A stretch of DNA of 63,763 nt, counting the filler, from Octopus bimaculoides (taxonomy: Eukaryota): the NCBI RefSeq assembly GCF_001194135.2. It is 7 parts of 7 records of this genome, joined end to end, with 100 filler letters (N's around TTAATTAATTAA, not from the genome) between each part and the next. Parts side by side here need not be neighbours in the genome. Positions count along the whole stretch, not along the records: positions 61,436 to 63,763 come from NC_069003.1; 6 more parts are not named here. The stretch is one strand, 5' to 3'. Numbering within the stretch: the stretch's first letter is position 1; each line of letters begins with the position of its first letter. Below the pieces are notes generated by a model that saw only the letters and a list, made by a program, of their open reading frames with translations, ran no database searches and was not told the DNA's origin. Below, one piece after another: positions 63,351 to 63,763 of the stretch. Position numbers and translations under genes: made by a program.

Positions 63351-63763
63351 TGTACATTTTATAATGTAGATGTGTGTGTATATGTATGTATGTAATACAT
63401 ATCTGTGTGTGTGTGTATGATAAAGCTTTCAGTAGGAAAACATACTCTTTGTATAATTATCTAATCTAAACCTCACTTGACTTATATGATGTGTGTGTGT
63501 GTGCGTGCAGGCATGTATGTATGTCTGTGTAAGTACATTATCATAACATGTGTAGCAGTGTTGATAAGTCCATCACACTTGTACAACACAACCTTTGTTC
63601 CTCCTCATAGCTGTTTGTCTTTTGGCCTTCCTTTGCACACCTAAATCGTCATTCTTTACAAAGAAAATAAAAACAAAACCCACAGTAAATAACAATTATG
63701 CAGGTTAGTGGATTTGAATGCTTTTTAAAGTCTCTCACATTTAACCATTTTCTTCTCATCTCC

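Overview
AT-rich, microsatellite-saturated eukaryotic draft-assembly DNA with many N gaps and six artificial 100-bp spacers (N44-TTAATTAATTAA-N44). The repeat content looks like a coleoid cephalopod, probably Octopus (inference from recalled SINE/LINE motifs, not a database hit). I find no intact host gene, rRNA, tRNA gene or CRISPR array. Almost all supplied ORFs are microsatellite translations, gap read-through or antisense transposon frames. The window holds: three or four tRNA-headed SINE groups (provisional labels A-D) that swap modules; decayed non-LTR elements (three R4/Dong-like lineages beside (TAA)n, a HERO-like endonuclease fragment, RTE fragments two of which end in a double C2H2 finger, a CR1-like RT relic, a putative Tx1 3' end, Penelope-like relics); DNA transposons (Tigger/pogo, a Tc1-like element with D35E spacing, three mariners); and several MITE-like hairpins. 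Best leads: a stack of TAA-associated retroelements at 40.9-44.0 kb including an unclassified non-coding TAA-tailed element, fold-back Tc1 and mariner derivatives built from two copies of one end, SINE head/body/tail swapping, a degenerate hammerhead ribozyme motif, and one possible Gly-rich exon. All translations and alignments were done by eye, and boundaries are approximate unless a TSD or TIR is quoted.
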